A stretch of DNA of 64,000 bases from Patescibacteria group bacterium (GCA_048499955.1 JASNYX010000001.1:66452-130451), one strand, 5' to 3'; counted from the stretch's first letter, positions 1 to 10,974 are shown. The notes: a model not told the origin generated them from the sequence alone. Numbers and translations are program-made.

Positions 1-1
1 A

Positions 2-2251
2 CCTCTTGGTCAGCTTGCGGCATGTTTTGTACTTCCGATTGAAGATGACATGGGCTCGACTGAGGGTGGTATTTTTGACACCTTAAAAAATGCAGCATTG
101 ATTCAGCAAACCGGAGGAGGCAACGGATTTAGTTTTTCAAGACTTAGGCCTAAAGGAGCTAGGGTAAAAGGAAGTATGGGCGTAGCCAGCGGACCGATAA
201 GCTTTTTGCAAGCGTATGATCGAGCATTCGGAACCATACAGCAAGGTGGAGTTAGACGTGGGGCAAATATGGCGGTATTAAGAGTCGATCATCCTGATAT
301 ACGTGAATTTATAAAATGCAAATCTGATGAAGGAAGCATTAGCAATTTTAATATTTCCGTTGGAGTGACCGATAAATTTATGGAAGCCGTGAAAAATGAC
401 GGTGATTTTGAGCTTATCAACCCGCAAGATGGTTCAGTATGGAGTACGGTTAAGGCGAGTGAGTTATTTGATGAAATTTTAACTTACGCACATAAAAATG
501 GTGAGCCGGGTGTACTATTTTTGGATGCTGCAAATAGAGAGAATCCTGTTCCTAACCAATATGTACTTGAGGCAACCAATCCATGTGGTGAGCAGTGGTT
601 AGGGCCATATGAGAATTGTTGTTTAGGACACGTAAATATCAAAGCATCTATCATTAACGGCAAACTGGACTGGCAGCATTTGAGGGAGTCAATTCAGCTG
701 GGTACGAGATTTTTGGATAATGTCGTAACACAAAATAAATACGTACCATCGGTTCCTGAGCTCAAGGATGCTGCGATGAGGAATCGACGTATTGGATTAG
801 GTTTCATGGGATTAGCGGATGCAATGTATCTGTTAGGTATCAGATATGGAAGTAGGGAAAGCTTGGATTTCACTTCACAAGTGACTGAATTCATAAGGTA
901 CTATACGATGCAAACAAGTATAGATCTTGCTGAAGAAAAAGGTGCATTTCCCGGAATTGAAGGTAGTCGTTATGATCCGGATGATTTGAAGTGGACTATC
1001 CCATCGCCACTAGTCGAGCATAAGGGTGATTTCGGTCGTCCGAAGATTGACTGGAATAAACTCGAAAAAAGTTTAAAACAGCATGGCATAAGAAATTCCA
1101 CAACGAATACTGTAGCTCCCACAGGAACTACCGGAACGGTTTATGACATGGAAGGTTATGGATGTGAACCTGTTTTCGCATTAGCTTATTATCGCAATGT
1201 ATATCAGGCCGCAGGTGATGAAGGCAGTTTACGATTGACGTATGTGAGCCCTTCTTTCCAGGAAGCGTTGGACAAATCAGAACTTTCAGCAGAAAGTAAG
1301 AGCAAAATTATTGAGCAGGTCATAGAAAAAGGATCACTCGAAACCATCGAGGGAGTTCCCGAGGAGATAAAGAAAACTTTTGTAGTCTCTGCAGATATCA
1401 AACCAGAGGAACATGTTTGGATACAGGCTGTAATACAAAGATTTATAGACAATTCTATATCGAAGACGTGTAATTTTCCTGAAGGAGCAACGATAGAAGA
1501 CGTCAAGAAATCTTATGTAACTGCCTGGGAGTTGGGATGTAAAGGTCTAACAGTTTATGTAACAGGTTCGAGGCAAGAGGTCGTACTTGAGACAAAAGAA
1601 ACTCAAAATAAGAAAAGCAAAGGAGAGTCAGAAGATGCTTCCGGTGAATATGTTAGCACTTTTGAAAAAAGGCCGCGTCCAAGCGTCGTGATTGGAAGAA
1701 CACACGAAATCCATACTCCATTCGGTACTGCTTATGTAACCGTGAACAGGAATGGTGATTCAGGTACGGATCCGTTTGAAGTATTTGTTACGATTGGAAA
1801 AAGTGGTAGTGATGCAGCTGCCTTAGCAGAGGCTTTAGGTCGTCTAATAAGCGGGTGGTTAAGAAGTGCCTTTAACCCGGATAAGGCTATGGAAGAAATC
1901 GCCTATCAACTCAGGGGTATTGGAGGATCTTCCAGTATCGGTTTCGGAGCCCAGAAAGTCGCGAGCATACCTGATGCAGTATCAAAAGTATTGTTTAGGG
2001 AACTGGAGTTTAGTCAAAACTTGGATCAGAAGGACATTAATGTTAAATACTTGATGGAGCAGCCGTCAACAAATGCTAAGTCCTCGTTAAATAGCTCTCA
2101 AGCTGTGCAGGATCCGACTTTTAGTTCTGGAGATACTTTGCCTAACACTGTTTTCAAAAATGCGTCTGTGTGCCCTGAATGCAACAACATGACACTTGTA
2201 GAGAGTGAAGGGTGTATTAAATGCCACACCTGTGCATATAGTCGCTGCTGA
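2..2251 (+). CDS. nrdJ: Class II (adenosylcobalamin-dependent) ribonucleotide reductase, 5'-truncated by the window edge
   Basis: The reading frame is open from nt 2 and the in-frame upstream residues LPIEDDMGS match the class II RNR active-site region. It has the NPCGEQ motif. The C-terminus carries a zinc-ribbon CPECNN...CIKCHTC. Confidence 0.85.
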   Translation, partial: PLGQLAACFVLPIEDDMGSTEGGIFDTLKNAALIQQTGGGNGFSFSRLRPKGARVKGSMGVASGPISFLQAYDRAFGTIQQGGVRRGANMAVLRVDHPDIREFIKCKSDEGSISNFNISVGVTDKFMEAVKNDGDFELINPQDGSVWSTVKASELFDEILTYAHKNGEPGVLFLDAANRENPVPNQYVLEATNPCGEQWLGPYENCCLGHVNIKASIINGKLDWQHLRESIQLGTRFLDNVVTQNKYVPSVPELKDAAMRNRRIGLGFMGLADAMYLLGIRYGSRESLDFTSQVTEFIRYYTMQTSIDLAEEKGAFPGIEGSRYDPDDLKWTIPSPLVEHKGDFGRPKIDWNKLEKSLKQHGIRNSTTNTVAPTGTTGTVYDMEGYGCEPVFALAYYRNVYQAAGDEGSLRLTYVSPSFQEALDKSELSAESKSKIIEQVIEKGSLETIEGVPEEIKKTFVVSADIKPEEHVWIQAVIQRFIDNSISKTCNFPEGATIEDVKKSYVTAWELGCKGLTVYVTGSRQEVVLETKETQNKKSKGESEDASGEYVSTFEKRPRPSVVIGRTHEIHTPFGTAYVTVNRNGDSGTDPFEVFVTIGKSGSDAAALAEALGRLISGWLRSAFNPDKAMEEIAYQLRGIGGSSSIGFGAQKVASIPDAVSKVLFRELEFSQNLDQKDINVKYLMEQPSTNAKSSLNSSQAVQDPTFSSGDTLPNTVFKNASVCPECNNMTLVESEGCIKCHTCAYSRC

Positions 2252-2270
2252 TTCGGATATTAACAATTAA

Positions 2271-2297
2271 GCCCTCTTTATTGAGGGCTTTTTTTTA
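2271..2297 (+). terminator. Rho-independent terminator after the RNR gene
   Basis: Stem gccctc / gagggc with loop tttatt, followed by a T9 run. Confidence 0.6.
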
Positions 2298-2443
2298 CTT
2301 CTATTCCTCACCCAATAGGCTTTGAGCATAAATATTTAATTTATCTCAAAGTATTATTCTCGAATTTTTTTATATTTGTTCACAGAAACTTTATTTACCT
2401 TTGCTAAGTTGGGATAAGTTTAATCTATTACTTACCCGGGGAG

Positions 2444-3079
2444 GTGATAAATATGAAAAAAACAGTATTTAGCATACTAACTTTAGTTTTCTGTGCCGGA
2501 ACAATAGTCACAGGAACATTAGGAGCCCTTCAGGAGACCGTTAAACTAACGGGTACAACTTTTAACGTTAGTGCTGGTGCCGGACAGGGAGGTTCCGGCG
2601 GTGGAGGAGGGACATCCTCAAACCAGTTTCTTAAAATGTTGCAATCCTTAAGTGGATCATCCGCAGATTCGAATCTGGGAGATATAAAAGTAGGACCTGT
2701 CTTTAATAATGTCGATGTGATGTGGACAGATCAAGCAGTAGTTAAGATTCACAACAAAGGTGGAGTCGATGTGGACGTTATTGCAAAGGCGGACTATATC
2801 AGTGATCCGGATACACTAAGAGATGACATTTATGTCGAGATTCTTGAGTGGAATGATTCCAATAGCAATGGGACATATGAAGTAGGTGAAGAAGGACAGA
2901 GCTATAAAAGAGACACAATTTTGAGATTGAGAAATGACACTTTCCTTTTGGGGAAGATTACACCGTCACAAACAAAGGGATATGTTCTCAAGTTCGATGG
3001 AAGCGGAATTTCTTCCGTCAATGCCGGGAAATCTGCTGTTTATGATTTTACTTTTACAGGAGTCCAAAGCACTCTGTAA
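2444..3079 (+). CDS. Secreted TasA/camelysin-like (SipW-cognate) protein
   Basis: N-terminal K-rich signal peptide followed by a hydrophobic stretch, with a GGAGGTG RBS. The mature N-terminus TGTTFNVSAG resembles the TasA GNTFTAGTL region. The C-terminal SAVYDFTFTGVQS resembles TasA LQFSFEATQ. A SipW-type peptidase gene follows immediately. Confidence 0.5.
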   Translation: MINMKKTVFSILTLVFCAGTIVTGTLGALQETVKLTGTTFNVSAGAGQGGSGGGGGTSSNQFLKMLQSLSGSSADSNLGDIKVGPVFNNVDVMWTDQAVVKIHNKGGVDVDVIAKADYISDPDTLRDDIYVEILEWNDSNSNGTYEVGEEGQSYKRDTILRLRNDTFLLGKITPSQTKGYVLKFDGSGISSVNAGKSAVYDFTFTGVQSTL

Positions 3080-3123
3080 TTGTAGCGCTCCTTCTCTTCA
3101 GGGCCCGAAGAGAAGATTAATTT

Positions 3124-3660
3124 ATGGAAATGGCACAAATTGTTAGAACTATTTTATCGTTTATGTTTCTTTTGTTGGGGTTACTTTTCATGAATCTGAA
3201 TCAGAGTGATTTTCCTTGGCCGATAAGATTTTATGTGATGGAAACAGATTCCATGAGTTCTGAGATACCAAGGGGGAGTTTACTAGCGTCAGTCGTGAAT
3301 AAAAATCTATACGTCGACGATGTTATTTCATATAAATATCCTCTAGACCAAAGTAAAACAGTCACGCACAGGATTACGAGTTACCGGGTCGATGATGGTG
3401 TGTTGTTTTATCAAACGAAAGGCGATGCAAATACGGAAACAGATCAGTGGGAGGTTAGAGAAGATCTCATCATGGGCAAAGTATTTTTCACAATTCCGGA
3501 AATCGGAAAAATATTTAATTATTTTAAGAATCCTTGGATTGTAGCTCTGTTAATTTTTATTCCGGTTCTGGTAATTGCTACGGTGGAGATTTATTACGAG
3601 AAAGATAATCTTCTGGAAGCTTATGGTTACTTTTACCAAAAGATCAAAAGAAACGAATAG
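3124..3660 (+). CDS. sipW: Signal peptidase I, SipW/archaeal-ER type (S26B)
   Basis: N-terminal TM segment, Ser box METDSMSSEIPRGSLL, His box TVTHRITSY, and a C-terminal TM segment. Confidence 0.6.
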   Translation: MEMAQIVRTILSFMFLLLGLLFMNLNQSDFPWPIRFYVMETDSMSSEIPRGSLLASVVNKNLYVDDVISYKYPLDQSKTVTHRITSYRVDDGVLFYQTKGDANTETDQWEVREDLIMGKVFFTIPEIGKIFNYFKNPWIVALLIFIPVLVIATVEIYYEKDNLLEAYGYFYQKIKRNE

Positions 3661-3674
3661 TGTTTTTACAAAAT

Positions 3675-3712
3675 CAAAAAAGCCGTCATGTGATACAGGA
3701 CGGCTTTTTTTC
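3675..3712. terminator. Bidirectional intrinsic terminator between convergent sipW and hup
   Basis: A6-agccgtc-loop-gacggct-T7: a GC stem flanked by an A-run on one side and a T-run on the other. Confidence 0.6.
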
Positions 3713-3753
3713 TGAATGTTCACTTGAGTGAGCTCCAGACTTTGAACAACGTA

Positions 3754-4026
3754 TTATCTAACTGCGTCTTTCAAAGGTTTGGAAATGCTGACTCTTACCA
3801 CTTTCCTTGCGGGAATTGTTATTTTCTCTCCGGTTTGTGGATTTCTTCCAGGTCTAGCGTCTCTTGAAGCAACTTCGAAAGTTGCAAGTCCGGAAATCTG
3901 GACTTTTTCACCTTTAGAAAGAGACTTTGTTATAACCTCTACCAAAGTATCTAGCATTTTTCTGGCCTGAGCTTTTGGAGTGTCAAGGCTGGAAGCTAGA
4001 GTGTTTACTAATTCGTTTTTGTTCAT
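3754..4026 (-). CDS. hup: HU/IHF-family DNA-binding protein
   Basis: MNKNELVNTLA...GEKVQISGLATFEV...RNPQTGEKI is a typical HU fold. The ATG at 4026 is preceded by a GGAGG RBS. The longer ORF extending to 4158 has no homology in its extension. Confidence 0.8.
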   Translation of the reverse strand: MNKNELVNTLASSLDTPKAQARKMLDTLVEVITKSLSKGEKVQISGLATFEVASRDARPGRNPQTGEKITIPARKVVRVSISKPLKDAVR

Positions 4027-4287
4027 CGAGTTTACACCTCCTTTAATAGCGAACTTGAAGACGGGAAAGGCTAAATTTTCTCGAGTGGTAAACTTTGGCG
4101 TTAACGAACGGGGATCTACCGATCCATTAACAAGGATATTAACACTCATGAAAAGCAAAGAAATATAGTGTTTATACTTCTTTTCGGCCTATGCGATTAC
4201 AATAGCGTTTAATCCATTGTCTTGTCAATCTTTTCGTGATTACTATATGCTAATATGCTGCAAATACAGGGTTTTGTATGGGTGAGT

Positions 4288-4322
4288 AAAATTGCCCTGA
4301 CGTTTTCAGCCAGGGCAAAAGT
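4288..4322 (-). terminator. Intrinsic terminator downstream of rny
   Basis: Hairpin ttgccctg...cagggcaa followed by a T-run when read on the minus strand. Confidence 0.45.
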
Positions 4323-4324
4323 TA

Positions 4325-5875
4325 CTAAGATGCGGTTGAAATAGCACGTAATTCTCTGATTACTACCACTTTTACAATTCCGGGGAAAGTTTGCTCTTCT
4401 TCAATTTTCTTGGAAATCTTATGGCTTAAGTTAACAGCTTCTATATCATTTATCATTTCAGATTTTACGATGACTCTAAGTTCTCGTCCGGCTGAAATAG
4501 CGAATGCTTTTGATACTCCCTCGAATGTGTAAGCGGCTTCTTCGAGCTTTTGCATCCTTTTTATATAGTTCTCGTAATCTTCGTATCGTGCACCGGGGCG
4601 TGAACCTGAAATAGAGTCGGCGATTTGAACCAAAATACCTTCGATAGTGCTTGGTTTGTCGTCATGATGTTCGGCTATCGCGGTTAGTACCGATTTAGGT
4701 ATGTTGAATTGCTTTAAGTAATCAGCACCTAGCTCGACGTGACTACCTTCTTTGTCGGTGATAACTTTTCCGATATCGTGTAGTAGTGCAGCCAGTTTTG
4801 TAACTGCGATATCAGCTCCAACTTCTTGTGCTAACTTTACGGCGATCTTTGTTTCTTCAAGCGTATGCTGAATCATGTTTTGGCCGTATGAAGTTCTATA
4901 TTTAAAATGTCCGAGTTTCTTTACGAGATCTTTCGGAAGATTAAATACTCCCACTTTATTGCATAGCTCAATACCGGCTTGCGTGATAATTTTATCCACT
5001 TCTTCGGTAGTTTTGCTCATGATTTCTTCGATTCGTGCAGGGTGTATTCGTCCGTCTTTGATAAGTTTTTCCATTGCAAGTCGGGCAATTTCTCTTCTTA
5101 CTGCATCGAAGCTTGATAGTCTGATTTCCGCATTCTCATCATCAAAATCCACATTGACTCCGCTGATATCTTCAAAAGTTTTGATATTTCGGCCTTCTTT
5201 TCCTATTATTTTGCCCTTTAGGTCCGGGTTGGGGAGGCTGATTGTAGATATTGTATATTCGGGAACGTAATCTGTAGAAGCATGATGCATCGCATCAACA
5301 AGTAGCTCTTTTGCTCTTTCGTCAACTTCCGTAATTAACTTGGCCTCGTACTCTTTGATCTTGCGGGCGATATCTGCTTGTAAGGTAGATTCAAGATTTG
5401 CGAGAATAATAGTCTTAGCTTCCTCTTTTGTTAAGGCTGCTATTGTTGACAACTTACTTATCTGTTCTTGTTTAAGACGTTCGCTTTTTTCGTGATTTTG
5501 TCTGGTTTTTTCTTTGAGATCCGCAAGTGATTGTTCTTTTCTTTCAACTTCTTTAATCTTGTTGTAAAGTTCATCGAAGCGTTGATCTGCTTTTTTCTCG
5601 ATCTCAAGGGATTTCTTCCTGATTTCTGAGGCTTCTTTCTCTGCGGCCTCTTTTATTTTTACTGACTCTTCTTTCGCGTCTAATATGATTTTTTTAGACT
5701 CCGCTAATGATTTAAGCGTATCTTCTTGAGAAATTACCGGTGTAGTGACGCGACTGGCGCTACTGGTTTCCGGTACTGAACTTTTTGACTTTAAGGTCCT
5801 GGTAATTATGAAATAAATCGCAAAAGCCGTAAGCAACGAAGTTGCCACGGATGCAATTAATGTGTCCCATGCCAT
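4325..5875 (-). CDS. rny: Ribonuclease Y
   Basis: N-terminal TM segment, long coiled-coil, KH motif GKIIGKEGRNIK, and HD domain with LLHDIGK. Confidence 0.85.
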   Translation of the reverse strand: MAWDTLIASVATSLLTAFAIYFIITRTLKSKSSVPETSSASRVTTPVISQEDTLKSLAESKKIILDAKEESVKIKEAAEKEASEIRKKSLEIEKKADQRFDELYNKIKEVERKEQSLADLKEKTRQNHEKSERLKQEQISKLSTIAALTKEEAKTIILANLESTLQADIARKIKEYEAKLITEVDERAKELLVDAMHHASTDYVPEYTISTISLPNPDLKGKIIGKEGRNIKTFEDISGVNVDFDDENAEIRLSSFDAVRREIARLAMEKLIKDGRIHPARIEEIMSKTTEEVDKIITQAGIELCNKVGVFNLPKDLVKKLGHFKYRTSYGQNMIQHTLEETKIAVKLAQEVGADIAVTKLAALLHDIGKVITDKEGSHVELGADYLKQFNIPKSVLTAIAEHHDDKPSTIEGILVQIADSISGSRPGARYEDYENYIKRMQKLEEAAYTFEGVSKAFAISAGRELRVIVKSEMINDIEAVNLSHKISKKIEEEQTFPGIVKVVVIRELRAISTAS

Positions 5876-6048
5876 TTTTGAACATTTGCTAGTTATTGGA
5901 ATATTCTTCTACGGATAAAATACCCGCACTTAAAAGATATTATCTCCCTGAGTAAATATGGTTTCGGGTTTTATGATTTTATGTCCCTCATAACCTATTA
6001 ATGATTAAATTCCTAATAACTAGTTATAAATAAATAATAACCTCTATA

Positions 6049-6762
6049 TTATACCTTATAATTATCTTCCCGGCTTACAAGGGGTAAAATCGTGTCAAAG
6101 CTAAAACCTCGTGATGCGAGTCTACTAATGATTTTTTTTCGATGCTGCGGGTTCTTTAAATCAAATCCTTTTTGAATTAAAGTTTCGAGTAGTTCTTTCG
6201 CTCTTTCCTGCTCGTTTTCCAGTAAACCTCCGCTCGTTAGTTCTTCAATGTTTTCGTTAGATATTCCCTTTTGTTTAAGCTCACTTATGATCGCTCTGTT
6301 CCCTAATGGCTTTCGTTGTAGCAATCTTTTGCTTAATAAATTACCTCCAAATTCTTTGTCATTAAGGAATTTATGATTTTGAAGTTTTTCTAAAGTTTCC
6401 TCTATATATTGCTCAATTATCGTCGATTCAACCGCATTTCTAAAATTTTGCGAGGCATACTGTCTGAGTTGGGTGCGAATTTCTCGCGTACTTTTTGAAG
6501 ATCTGCTTAATTTTGAGAGACTCTTTTCCCAAAGTTTTCTTTTTAATGAGGCCTTAATTATATTGTAAAGATCATCACTACTGATCTCATGCCCTTTATT
6601 TAGGCCGAAAAGATTGAGATCATCGATATGTACTTCCAAGTATTCAGTTATGTGCTTACTTTTTGCGGTTGGATTTTTAGGCAAAATTTCCGGATCTACT
6701 CCCTCAATTTTTAGGTTATACCAGTCGGGATTTCTTTTACTTTTTATTTCCAGAATCCTCAT
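6049..6762 (-). CDS. recX: RecX-like RecA regulator
   Basis: Lies immediately downstream of recA with a 4-nt overlap, and has a repetitive helical composition. The call rests on position and composition only. Confidence 0.45.
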   Translation of the reverse strand: MRILEIKSKRNPDWYNLKIEGVDPEILPKNPTAKSKHITEYLEVHIDDLNLFGLNKGHEISSDDLYNIIKASLKRKLWEKSLSKLSRSSKSTREIRTQLRQYASQNFRNAVESTIIEQYIEETLEKLQNHKFLNDKEFGGNLLSKRLLQRKPLGNRAIISELKQKGISNENIEELTSGGLLENEQERAKELLETLIQKGFDLKNPQHRKKIISRLASRGFSFDTILPLVSREDNYKV

Positions 6763-7817
6763 GCTTGTTCAGGTTTCACTTCCACCTTGGGTTTGGATTT
6801 TGATGCTTCTTCTGCCTTCATTTTTTCCTGGACTTCAACTTCAATCTCTTCTCTAACTTTGGGATTTTCAATCAGATAGTTTTTCATATTTTCTCGACCT
6901 TGGGCAACATTTTTGCCTTTGTATTTGAACCAAGCTCCACTCGATTCGACAACACCAAATTTTTCGGCTACATCAATTAAGCTACCTTCTTGGCTAATGC
7001 CTTTTCCGAACATGATGTCGAATTCCGCACTTTTAAAAGGAGGTGCTACCTTGTTTTTAACAACCTTAACGATGACTCTGTTTCCGACGGCTTCTCCTTT
7101 TTCGGTGATGCTTTGAGTTCTTCGTATTTCCAATCTAACGGAAGCATAGAATTTTAATGATCTTCCCCCGGTTGTTGTTTCGGGATTTCCGAACATCACT
7201 CCGATTTTTTCTCTGATTTGGTTGATAAAAACGACTGTTGTATTGCTTCTGCTGGTAATTCCCGTTATTTTCCTGAGTGCTTGGCTCATTAGCCTTGCGT
7301 GTAACCCCATATGGCTATCGCCCATTTCTCCTTCGATTTCAGCTCTCGGAGTTAACGCGGCAACGGAATCTATAACTATTAGATCCACCGCACCACTGCG
7401 AATAAGTGTTTCGGTAATATCAAGTGCTTGTTCTCCGGTATCAGGTTGAGAAACATACATTTCTTCAATGTCGACACCAAGGTTTGAGGCATAGTTTACA
7501 TCAAGTGCGTGCTCTGCATCGATGAAGGCTGCTCGTCCACCGATTTTCTGGAGCTGGGCGATAACGGAAAGTGCTAAGGTAGTTTTACCGCTGGATTCCG
7601 GGCCGTATATTTCTACAATTCTGCCTCGGGGAATTCCTCCCACACCAAGAGCTACATCGAGAGAGTAGGCTCCGGTAGAAATAACATCGACCTTTTGCCT
7701 TGCATCTTCATCTCCTAATCTCATTATGGAACCCTTTCCATAGTTTTTTTCTATCTGCGAAATTGCAGATTTTAAGGCTTCTAGCTTATTTACGTTTGTT
7801 TTTTGATTTTGGCTCAT
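6759..7817 (-). CDS. recA: Recombinase RecA
   Basis: Walker [13 protein letters not shown], then the FIDAEHALD and GEMGD motifs. Confidence 0.95.
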   Translation of the reverse strand: MSQNQKTNVNKLEALKSAISQIEKNYGKGSIMRLGDEDARQKVDVISTGAYSLDVALGVGGIPRGRIVEIYGPESSGKTTLALSVIAQLQKIGGRAAFIDAEHALDVNYASNLGVDIEEMYVSQPDTGEQALDITETLIRSGAVDLIVIDSVAALTPRAEIEGEMGDSHMGLHARLMSQALRKITGITSRSNTTVVFINQIREKIGVMFGNPETTTGGRSLKFYASVRLEIRRTQSITEKGEAVGNRVIVKVVKNKVAPPFKSAEFDIMFGKGISQEGSLIDVAEKFGVVESSGAWFKYKGKNVAQGRENMKNYLIENPKVREEIEVEVQEKMKAEEASKSKPKVEVKPEQA

Positions 7818-7829
7818 TATAATTTTCCT

Positions 7830-8456
7830 TTAATTAAGTAATGGGATAAGTGCCACAATTGCGGCTAACTCTATTATCCCTAATAACATTAACAATTGAG
7901 TTAAACGTTTTTTATCACTCCTGAAACTATATATTAATATCAGTGAACCACAAAATATAATAGCCATTTCTACTGCAAAATATATTGACCTTATATAGCC
8001 ATCTAGAAATGTAAGATTCGGATTCAAGGGGGATGGCCTGAGCTCAAGAATGAAATCGTTGAACGGTCTCAGCGGATAAATTTTATCCATTAGTCCATCG
8101 GCAAAAATATGCGAAAAAACTCCCAGAAAAAACCCGGAAATAATGGTCACATAAATAGGTTTGAATTTGAGAAACCACACGATGGGCAACAATATGGCTA
8201 AGACGAATATATAAGGGAGGGGAGTGTGAGTCAATAGATATCGATGGCTGATGGAATTATCAATAAATATTAGATAAAGCACGTCAATATCAGGGAAAAT
8301 TGAACCAAGAATTGTTGAAATCCAGAAATAGAATCGAAAATTTTTCGTAACACTTTTCGGTTGTGTAAAGAACGCAATTATGACGCCAATAAAGGCGTGG
8401 GCAAAAACCATAACAACTATTTTAGCAGTAATTAATTTGCTGAGGAGCACATACAT
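7830..8456 (-). CDS. Membrane-bound metal-dependent hydrolase (YdjM/DUF457-like)
   Basis: Polytopic membrane protein with an N-terminal HxF and a conserved HIFADGLMD motif. It lies 12 nt upstream of recA. Confidence 0.45.
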   Translation of the reverse strand: MYVLLSKLITAKIVVMVFAHAFIGVIIAFFTQPKSVTKNFRFYFWISTILGSIFPDIDVLYLIFIDNSISHRYLLTHTPLPYIFVLAILLPIVWFLKFKPIYVTIISGFFLGVFSHIFADGLMDKIYPLRPFNDFILELRPSPLNPNLTFLDGYIRSIYFAVEMAIIFCGSLILIYSFRSDKKRLTQLLMLLGIIELAAIVALIPLLN

Positions 8457-8542
8457 GGATCACGATTATTTTTGCTTGCACAACTTGGTTGTGTTTGACA
8501 TACTGGGAATTGAGTTTAATGTTCTAACAGGAGGTAACTAAC

Positions 8543-8806
8543 ATGATTACATTGATTGATTTTTATGCGGATTGGTGTGGACCATGCTTAATGGTCAAAC
8601 CTATTATTGAGAAAGTTGTTAAAGAAATGGAAGGTAAAGTTACTTTGGAAAAAGTGAATGTTGATGAGGAGCCGCAAAGGGCTGCCCAGTTTGGGGTATT
8701 AAGTATTCCAACGATGGTATTACTAAAGGATGGAGCGGAAATTGACCGAAAAATTGGAGCACTTGACGAGTTAAGTCTAAGAAATTGGTTATCCAGTAAA
8801 TCATGA
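8543..8806 (+). CDS. trxA: Thioredoxin
   Basis: WCGPC active site, and a GGAGG RBS. Confidence 0.85.
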   Translation: MITLIDFYADWCGPCLMVKPIIEKVVKEMEGKVTLEKVNVDEEPQRAAQFGVLSIPTMVLLKDGAEIDRKIGALDELSLRNWLSSKS

Positions 8807-9816
8807 ATATCGCTATTAACGGTTTTGGCCGTATCGGTAGAGCTGCTTTTAAAATCTTCCTTGAGAGAAAAGAACTTGGTGAAGATATCAACATAGTAGC
8901 CATCAATGACCTTGTACCTGCAGAAACCTTAGCTTACCTATTAAAGTACGACACGGTGTATGGAAGATATCCTAAGCAGGTTACTTTCGAAGATGAAAAT
9001 CTTGTTGTTAATGGGGTTAAATATAAGCATCTGATGAATAAGGAAGCCGAAACTCTCCCATGGAAGGATCTTGCTGTAGATGTTGTTGTTGAGTGTACCG
9101 GGATATTTACATCATCCGAGGATGCTCGAAAGCATTTAAACGCTGGAGCCAGAAAGGTTGTGCTGTCTGCACCTGCAAAAGATGACGGGTTTAAAACCGT
9201 GGTTCTAGGATCAGGAAACTATTCTCTTGATAGCGATCTTATTTCAAACGCGTCTTGCACTACTAATTGTATTACTCCCGTTTTGAGTGTTCTTTCAAGG
9301 ACTTTTGGTGTTGAGAAAGCTATGTTGAACACCGTGCATGCCTATACAGCGACTCAAGGGCTGGTAGATAGTCCTGACAAAAAGGATATGAGAAGAGGAA
9401 GAGCTGCAGCATCTAATATTGTTCCGTCTTCAACCGGAGCAGCTGAGGCAACGTCTAAAGCCATGCCTGAGATGGCGAATATTTTCGAAGGTATTGCACT
9501 GAGAGTGCCGGTTCTTTGCGGTTCAATCTCTGATATTACAGCGGTTCTAAAGAAAGACGTAACTATCGAGGAAGTAAATGAAGCATTTATTGCTGCTCAA
9601 TCTGAAAAAGATTATGAAGGTATTTTAAAATATACGGAAGATCCTTTGGTTTCATCGGATATACTACAAACGCCTTACTCTGCCATCATTGATGGAACAA
9701 TGACAAAAGTTGCCGGAGGTAATTTGGTAAAGGTTTTGGCTTGGTATGATAACGAGTGGGGCTATTCAAGTCGATTGGTTGATATGACCATTAAAGTGGG
9801 ATCCCAGAAAACTTAG
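8803..9816 (+). CDS. gap: Glyceraldehyde-3-phosphate dehydrogenase
   Basis: NGFGRIGR Rossmann motif and the SCTTNC active site. Overlaps trxA by 4 nt. Confidence 0.9.
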   Translation: MNIAINGFGRIGRAAFKIFLERKELGEDINIVAINDLVPAETLAYLLKYDTVYGRYPKQVTFEDENLVVNGVKYKHLMNKEAETLPWKDLAVDVVVECTGIFTSSEDARKHLNAGARKVVLSAPAKDDGFKTVVLGSGNYSLDSDLISNASCTTNCITPVLSVLSRTFGVEKAMLNTVHAYTATQGLVDSPDKKDMRRGRAAASNIVPSSTGAAEATSKAMPEMANIFEGIALRVPVLCGSISDITAVLKKDVTIEEVNEAFIAAQSEKDYEGILKYTEDPLVSSDILQTPYSAIIDGTMTKVAGGNLVKVLAWYDNEWGYSSRLVDMTIKVGSQKT

Positions 9817-9823
9817 TTATTTT

Positions 9824-10066
9824 ATGGCTGTAAAACATCTTGTTATATCAAAGGAACATAAATGTATTGGTTGCAACCTTTGCACTTTGGCTGTTTCCAG
9901 ATATGAAAACAGAAAGTTAGGTATAAAGAATCCGGTAATTGCAATTAAAGGTAAGCCGGGTAGATATAAAATACAGGTGGATTATGGCTATGTTATTAAA
10001 AATCCCCAAAGAATAGTTAATATTTGTCCGCAAAACTGCTTTGATTTAATCGAAGCTTCCGTCTAA
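9824..10066 (+). CDS. Small single-cluster [4Fe-4S] ferredoxin-like protein
   Basis: CIGCNLC ... ICPQNC: one CxxCxxC...CP cluster motif, 80 aa. Confidence 0.45.
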   Translation: MAVKHLVISKEHKCIGCNLCTLAVSRYENRKLGIKNPVIAIKGKPGRYKIQVDYGYVIKNPQRIVNICPQNCFDLIEASV

Positions 10067-10116
10067 AATTACCTCAGATCTTTGCGAATGTTAAATTTGT
10101 CTGCGAATATTATTTT

Positions 10117-10974
10117 ATGTCTATAGACATTAAAGATTATAAGAAAGTTCTCTATCTCGATTTGAATGATCAGTCTCATGTTTTTAAGGTTGACGGTTCT
10201 TTGTGGAATTATATTGGCGGGGTAGGAATTGCGTATAAACTTCTCGAAGCAAATCTTGATTTAAATCCGGTAATATTGGCGACCGGTCCACTTTCGGGAT
10301 ATTTCCCATATGCTTCTAAATCTTGCGTGTTATATATCTCGAACGGAAAACTCGTTGAAAAGTATGGCGGAGGAAGTATTTCCGGACTTATGAACATGTT
10401 GGGAATTGATGCAATTGTTATTTCGGGTCGTTCTACAGCGAATTTAGCGGTTTCCATTAATGAGGAAGATGTTTCCATTTCACAATTTACGGAAGAAGAC
10501 TCCGAACTATCGAGGTTCGATTTTGCTGTTTCCTCAAACAAGATTGTCTCGGAAGGTTATTTTAGTTATGGAAATATAGAGGATGTTCCGTCACCTATTG
10601 ATAATCTCGTAGGGATAAATATAGATTTCACAAAAAATGTAGACTTTAGTAGCTACTATGATTATGAAAAGATCTATAATACTTTGCTCGATGATTACCG
10701 AAGCTTAACTGTTGAGCCGAGAAATAACCCATCATGTATGGGTTGCCCTATGGGTTGTGATTTTTCGCACGAGGGAGAGGATCACCTTAACGTTGCTGTT
10801 CTTGCGAGAACCTTAATAGCGTGTGGATATGCGGAATCGCTATATAAAAGTATTCCTATGATTTACTCATGTTTAAATTCGTTGGGTTATCGTTATCACC
10901 ACTCAGATTTGGAAAAGTTTCCGGGTATATTCGGTGAGTTGAAGGTATCTCTAAATATGAAACTAAATTCATAG
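10117..10974 (+). CDS. Standalone aldehyde:ferredoxin oxidoreductase (AOR/GAPOR) N-terminal domain protein, with a remnant CxxCxxxC cluster motif
   Basis: The AFOR_N pattern VLYLDLN...GGVGIAYKLL...ILATGPLSG..P...GGGSISG...GIDAIVISG is present. C-terminal CMGCPMGC equals the AOR [4Fe-4S] CxxCxxxC motif. No tungstopterin-binding domains follow. Confidence 0.5.
   Translation: MSIDIKDYKKVLYLDLNDQSHVFKVDGSLWNYIGGVGIAYKLLEANLDLNPVILATGPLSGYFPYASKSCVLYISNGKLVEKYGGGSISGLMNMLGIDAIVISGRSTANLAVSINEEDVSISQFTEEDSELSRFDFAVSSNKIVSEGYFSYGNIEDVPSPIDNLVGINIDFTKNVDFSSYYDYEKIYNTLLDDYRSLTVEPRNNPSCMGCPMGCDFSHEGEDHLNVAVLARTLIACGYAESLYKSIPMIYSCLNSLGYRYHHSDLEKFPGIFGELKVSLNMKLNS

Noticed and set aside
3754-4158. The long 134-aa version of the HU ORF
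   Set aside because: The N-terminal 44 residues have no HU homology. The internal ATG at 4026 has a GGAGG RBS and yields a canonical roughly 90-aa HU.
4875-5270. Antisense ORFs inside rny, recA, the DUF3048 gene and others (4875..5270, 6913..7116, 7222..7449, 56694..57242, 33195..33578)
   Set aside because: They are embedded antisense in well-supported genes, with low-complexity Ser/Leu-rich translations and no RBS.
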